A DNA stretch of 64,000 nt. Origin: Eledone cirrhosa. Taxonomy: Eukaryota. The notes under the pieces were generated by a model. It did not search any database. It worked only from the letters and a program-made list of their open reading frames with translations, and was not told the origin of the DNA. Shown here in pieces: positions 58,438 to 64,000 of this stretch (positions within the stretch are counted from its first letter, which is position 1; each line of letters starts with the position of its first letter). The DNA lies in assembly GCA_964016885.1 (NCBI GenBank), contig OZ024740.1:161076001-161140000 (forward strand), written 5' to 3'. The position numbers and the translations under genes are program-made.

Positions 58438-58488
<51 letters not shown>

Positions 58489-58492
<4 letters not shown>

Positions 58493-59398
58493 ATTTACAT
58501 ATACATAAAGTCACAGATATATATGTGGCAACCGGTCACGTTGTGGCTCAATGAAGAATAAATAATCAGAGCAATATATCATAAATCATGTCCTTAGAAT
58601 TATTAGATAAAATATATACCATTTCCTCTCCCAATTAGCATAATTAACCATATAAAAATTTAATTAGACCAGGCTATAAGAATAAAGGCTCCTATGAAGA
58701 AATATTCGATAAATAACCGAAAGCGACTCTTCGCAGTGACCCCAATAGAGTATTTACCCAACATTTCAACAGCATGTAGAAACTGACTAAATTACCGTCA
58801 ACCATACACAATTAGGTGTAAATTTAAACTTAGAAGCAACGGTGTACATATCGTAATTACATCTCTACCATGGTTTCGTCCGTATTTTCAGATATCCTAC
58901 TATTAAGGATGAATCTAGAGTAACGGACTCATCAGGAGACAAACTCAGTCGGACAGTTAATTTTCCAAAGCGATCGCGCCAGAAATAGATTCAAAAATCG
59001 CTAAGAATCGTGACGTGGCAGTGGTCAAGTTAGAAAGAATGTGATTAGTTGCTTACGGCGAGTAGGCTGGTTGCTAGAAAGCGCAGCCCAATATCGCCCA
59101 ATTGCATCTCAACCCAACGTGAGATTATTAAATATAAAGATTTACATATACATAAAGTCACAGATATATATGTGGCAACCGGTCACGTTGTGGCTCAATG
59201 AAGAATTAATAAATTAAATAATCAGAGCAATATATCATAAATCATGTCCTTAGAATTAATAGATAAAATATATACCATTTCCTCTCCCAATTAGCATAAT
59301 TAACCATATAAAAAATCAATTAGACCAGGCTATAAGAATAAAGGCTCCCATGAAGAAATATTCTAAGGACATGATTTATGATATATTGCTCTGATTAT
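58489..59398 (-). mobile_element. Non-coding PLE/retrozyme-like element: about 647-bp period plus a short inverted arm (59362-59398); diverged relative at about 60000-60230
   Basis: 58489-58706 repeats at 59136-59362; contains a canonical hammerhead. Confidence 0.85.
58860..58941 (-). ncRNA. Type I hammerhead ribozyme, canonical core, 51-nt helix II domain
   Basis: Minus strand: tgtctc CTGATGA gtccgt...acggac GAA ACCATGGT A gagatg. Confidence 0.92.
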
Positions 59399-59913
59399 AC
59401 GGGTGATACCTAAATATAAGTATGTATACGTACATACATATATGTGTACAGATGTACAGTAGTATGTATATATATACATACATGCACACATATATATATA
59501 TGTACGTATGGGTTTACCGAACATCTATTATAATGTTCGGTTTGTTTGTAAGTATCAGCCGTACTAAGAGTGAGAAATGAAATTTCGTTTCATTCTTTTC
59601 CATATATATATATATATATATATATATTGAGATACACATACACACATACCTACAGAATATTACCATTGTCCCTAAAAACAAGTTTGTTCTATGCAAAAAC
59701 ACGGCTACCACCACTGCTGCTGCTACTTTATGACTACACTTCTCTCTATATATACACAAGAGCTCATTTTCCAGTCTCCTTCTCATTAAGGAAGATGAAA
59801 AAACTTACCTCAACACTTGATTTTAAATCTTTGATTTGTAATTCTTATTCATTCTTTTTAATTGTAATACTCAACATTTGATAAGATGAATGTTAGTAAT
59901 ACATCGAACATAT

Positions 59914-59997
59914 AAATCAAAGTTAGAAGAAAAAATGTATATAAGCATACCAACATTTTGGTAGGCTTATATACATTTTTTCTTCTAACTTTGATTT
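59914..59997. repeat. Near-perfect hairpin with about 40-bp arms
   Basis: aaatcaaagttagaagaaaaaatgtatataagcataccaa / ttggtaggcttatatacattttttcttctaactttgattt. Confidence 0.9.
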
Positions 59998-60244
59998 TAT
60001 ACCCAATTGTGTATGGTTGGCGATATATCTAATCGATTTCCACGGGCTATTAGAAATACTGGGTAAATATTCTGTGGCTGTTGATCGCGGATAAATAACT
60101 ATTGTTTATTTAACTATTGTTTCTTCATAGGTGCCTTTTAATCTTATAGCCTTGTTTAATTGATTTTTTGTGTGGTTGATTATGCTGATTGGGAGAGGAA
60201 ATACTGTATATATTTTATCAAATGATTCTATGGACGTACTTTCT

Positions 60245-60305
<61 letters not shown>

Positions 60306-61431
60306 TACTTGTCCCAATAACTTTTTTTAGTTATTGCTGCACCAGCCAGAGGTATATGATCTGTAATGCGAAGAAATACCAATGATGGCTGGAAGATCAC
60401 TGATGACGGTCTTCTTGCTCTAATATTCATATGTATCCCATTTGCAACAACGCATCATGCCATTTTTCATATATATATATATATAAAAATATATATATAT
60501 CGTATGTATATGTGCGCGTGCGATGAAGAGTTTTAAATCCATTCAATAGTTGCATGAATACTTAATCTTTAGTAGTTTCGATCCGGTGGTGTGAAGCACC
60601 ATTACCTATTGGAACACACGTTGGATAGATTTTTAAAAGAGACAACAGCGCACGTGTGACAGTAAGCACGCACGATCAATGTAGTTATGGGAAACAGAAT
60701 AAAAGATAAAATCTTCTGACCTCGAACAACTTCGCGACATACAAATTGAGAAGCATTGTTCTGCCGTCTTAACAAAAATGAAAGAAACATTAGATAATTT
60801 AGTCCTAGATACATTATATCTGAATCAATTAGAGAATTGTTATGGCTTTGCTCATATATCTGATTGATTCAGACTGAACTTGGCTAGACGATAACTTTAC
60901 CATACACAATATCAGCGTTTTTCTAGCTTTGTTTTTACTGTGATTCACAAGAGCTGCATGTTTATGTGACCTAATATGCCTAAATCAGAAACAAATTCTG
61001 TAAACTATGTTTCTATTTTTACTTAGTCTCGTGATAAATCCATATTTATGGTCACATTTTTTACTTAAACCACATATTTCAGTTTTGGAGAAGTAAATAA
61101 AGAAATAAAAAAATTCTAGCAAACGTACTCATTCTAAAACGTATTTCTTTTAATGCGAAGGATGTTTATTTTTGCGGCCCATCAATGCGTCAAGACTCAC
61201 AGTTTGATGAGCCTGCTCTGTAACATGTTTGGATAACTAACCAGACAAGGAAGGATAGCTCAAAATAAGTTGAAAGACTTATAAATATCCACTTGACGTA
61301 GAAATTGATTAGGTCATCCTGGAAAAAAGATAAATGAAATTATTATTGGGAGTACAAAAAAAAAAAATAGAAAACGAAACTTAAGAAATAAATCTAAAAC
61401 GAATTTCCCCCTTGACAAAATAATAATAATA

Positions 61432-61473
<42 letters not shown>

Positions 61474-63487
61474 ATAAGAAAAAGAAAAAGAAGTTGAATG
61501 AATGATTGAATGAATGAATGACTTTAAAAATGACTGAAAAGAGTGTTTATGAGGTAAAAGCGTCTGTCTTGTCTCAATACACATTGAATAATTTCATAGA
61601 AATTCAATCCATTAAACTAGAAATATTTGATCTAAAATATACAGTGATGAGTAAGTACGTTATTAAGATAACGCTTGAATTGAATAAACGTATTTCTTCA
61701 ATTGCGATTGAAGTATTGTAGCAGTAATAGAGAGAGAAAGAGCGAGAGAGAGGAGAGAAAAAGATAGAGATGGAGTTTATTATTGCTGTTATTGAAAACG
61801 ACATCAGACTAACAGAAATGGCAAAGTGTCAGATTAAATGCCTTGTCTTTATTGAACGTCCCTTTTACTTTCATCTATCCTGGTTCGATAATATGAAGTA
61901 TCTAAGTCACCGTGGTCTTCGTCAAATGTTTCCAAAATTTCTGAACCCTTGCAGTTATTCTCTTATGGAATTTTGTAGCAGGTAGAAAGAGTTTAGAGTT
62001 CGATCCTCACAGTGATTGGTCTCCACAGCCATTTATTCATAGCAAAAATGTATTTAGGGGTGATGGAAGGCCTTTTCGATTACAAAACGATGTGTGTGCT
62101 GCAGTCTGTTATTTGTTTTAGCGCCTTCTCTCAGCATGGGAATTGGCAGAATCATTAGAGCGTACAATCACTGGAGCGTCATATGGTATGTAGTTAAGTC
62201 ACTTTACGTACAGAGTTCCAATCTCACTTGTAACAATGTTAGAAGTTATTAAGGGATGCGTTGAACGAATCAGTACCGCTTTGCATCAGATGCCTTACAA
62301 TATATTTTACTGAATCTTTACGTTCACATTCCACAGGGACCAGCTTTTCCCTTCATTATTTCGGGGTCAATAAAATAAAGTACGACTCAAATAGTAGGAC
62401 TGATTTCATCAACTATATCACCTTCTAACATACGTAGTCCATGCTATAAATCAATATTGGCAATGCTACAAAATGTGGCTGCTATTCCTAATAGATAGAC
62501 CACGTAAAGGTTCCTTCGTTGGCACATATTTCTCGATGTGTTTGTAGCTTCGTTTATTTTACGATATCCTTATTTATTTCCCCGGGGAATAGACACGTGG
62601 GTTCAAAACATCATCCAATCCCCAACATAGGTCAAACTAATTCACACATAAGAGATTAGATAGATTACTATTATATTATGATGAGAAGCTTTGTAAACAA
62701 TTCTGAGAAGTCCAACAGAATGTATCCAAATAATGATGACTGGTGCATACTACTGTTATTTTATCCTAAGTGTATTCAATCTCATGTTTTATTCCTGATA
62801 TTATGGTATAACCCAGGACACAAGAGCAAAATTTAAAACCCTGCTAAAGGACACCGGCTACGTCATTTCTTTGACATACACAGCTCATGACCTCACTCTA
62901 TTATTTATTTTTGGTGAATGAATAAATTGTTTTCGGATGCATTGTTTTTCGTAGCGGAAATGTTGGGGTTTATTTCATAGAAAATTCTGTTAGAAGCTGA
63001 CATTTCGTTTCCATAGGATGGCGGAGATGTAGGTAGTCGCAAAACAAGGTTGTTTGATATATGTTGAAAATTCATGTTACTTGTAATTGCAAATATTTAT
63101 CTTGTCTCTGCTCTCATGTGCCTTTGTTTTATGGTGCGTGTGGCGGTGAAGGTGTGTTCGTTCATGTTTCAGGTAATAATCATCTTTTAGGTTTTACTTC
63201 ATCAATCATTGTACCTGATGTAAATATTGTAAACCTTCTCTTAGAAATGGTAAAATGGTATTCTCATTAATAGTATCTGTATGTGATGCTGTATAATTGT
63301 AAGTCTATATATATATGTGTGTGTGTGAGCGTGTTTGCATGTATATATCTACATTTTTACATGTTTATTTATCTATGCTTATTTATGTGTGTTTATCGAT
63401 ATATACATACGTATATATATTTGTGTGTATATATATATATATGTATATAAATGTATATATATCTATATATATATATATATATCTATA

Positions 63488-63536
<49 letters not shown>

Positions 63537-63559
63537 GTATGTATATCTATATATATAGG

Positions 63560-63688
<129 letters not shown>

Positions 63689-63956
63689 GAATGAAACGAA
63701 ATTTCATTTCTCACTCTTAGTACGGCACTTACTTAAATGTAAGTATGTATGTATACGTACATACATATATGTATACAGACGTACAGTAGTATGTATATAT
63801 ATATATACATACATGCACACATATATATATGCACGTATCGGTTTACCGAACATTTATTATAATGCTCGGTTTGTTTGTTTGTAAACAAACAGCCCGAATT
63901 ACGCCGTACAGTGTTTAGGCAACCACGTCACCTTTTTGTTCAACACTGACACAGGA

Positions 63957-63999
63957 ACGATGTACTAGTTTCAAGCTTATTAGCTATCGTCAGCATCAT
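63957..63999 (-). ncRNA. Minimal type I hammerhead ribozyme (family of 39288-40198)
   Basis: Minus strand: atgatg CTGACGA t-agct-aata-agct-t GAA ACTAGT A catcgt. Confidence 0.87.
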
Positions 64000-64000
64000 A

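Larger units (their letters stand above)
57517..58442. mobile_element. Retrozyme-like element: 316-bp monomer, about 1.7 tandem units on the minus strand joined back-to-back to about 1.2 units on the plus strand
   Basis: Period 316 (57643 vs 57959; 58061 vs 58377); inversion junction near 58058; (TA)n flanks; one hammerhead per unit. Confidence 0.9.

Noticed and set aside
60388-60420. CTGATGA inside the hairpin gaagatca...ggtcttc
   Set aside because: No downstream GAAA or helix III; not a hammerhead, and no complete snoRNA or SECIS could be built.

Overview
This is AT-rich eukaryotic, repeat-dominated DNA with no intact host gene. The (TA)n/(CA)n/(GA)n density and the SINE types suggest an octopus or other coleoid cephalopod (inference). 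Most short ORFs in the track are microsatellite artefacts. From about 9.8 to 45.6 kb, and again from 49.6 to 64 kb, mobile elements are packed between (TA)n tracts. They include five coding Penelope-like retroelements (PLEs): a near-intact Poseidon/Penelope type, two Naiad types, a Neptune type and an endonuclease-only 3' end. There is also a Helitron with Rep/PIF1 helicase, a canonical 3' terminus and an internal duplication, plus CR1, RTE, CRE-like and hAT remnants and tRNA-derived SINEs. The main hidden signal, found by manual folding, is about 20 type I hammerhead ribozyme motifs from about 13 unrelated families. They sit in PLE 3' ends and in small non-coding inserts with tandem and inverted architecture (retrozyme-like). 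Many are atypical: helix II domains of 39-88 nt, U3-A8 core covariation, non-Watson-Crick 10.1-11.1 pairs and palindromic helix III. All folds and family calls were made by eye and need computational and biochemical confirmation.
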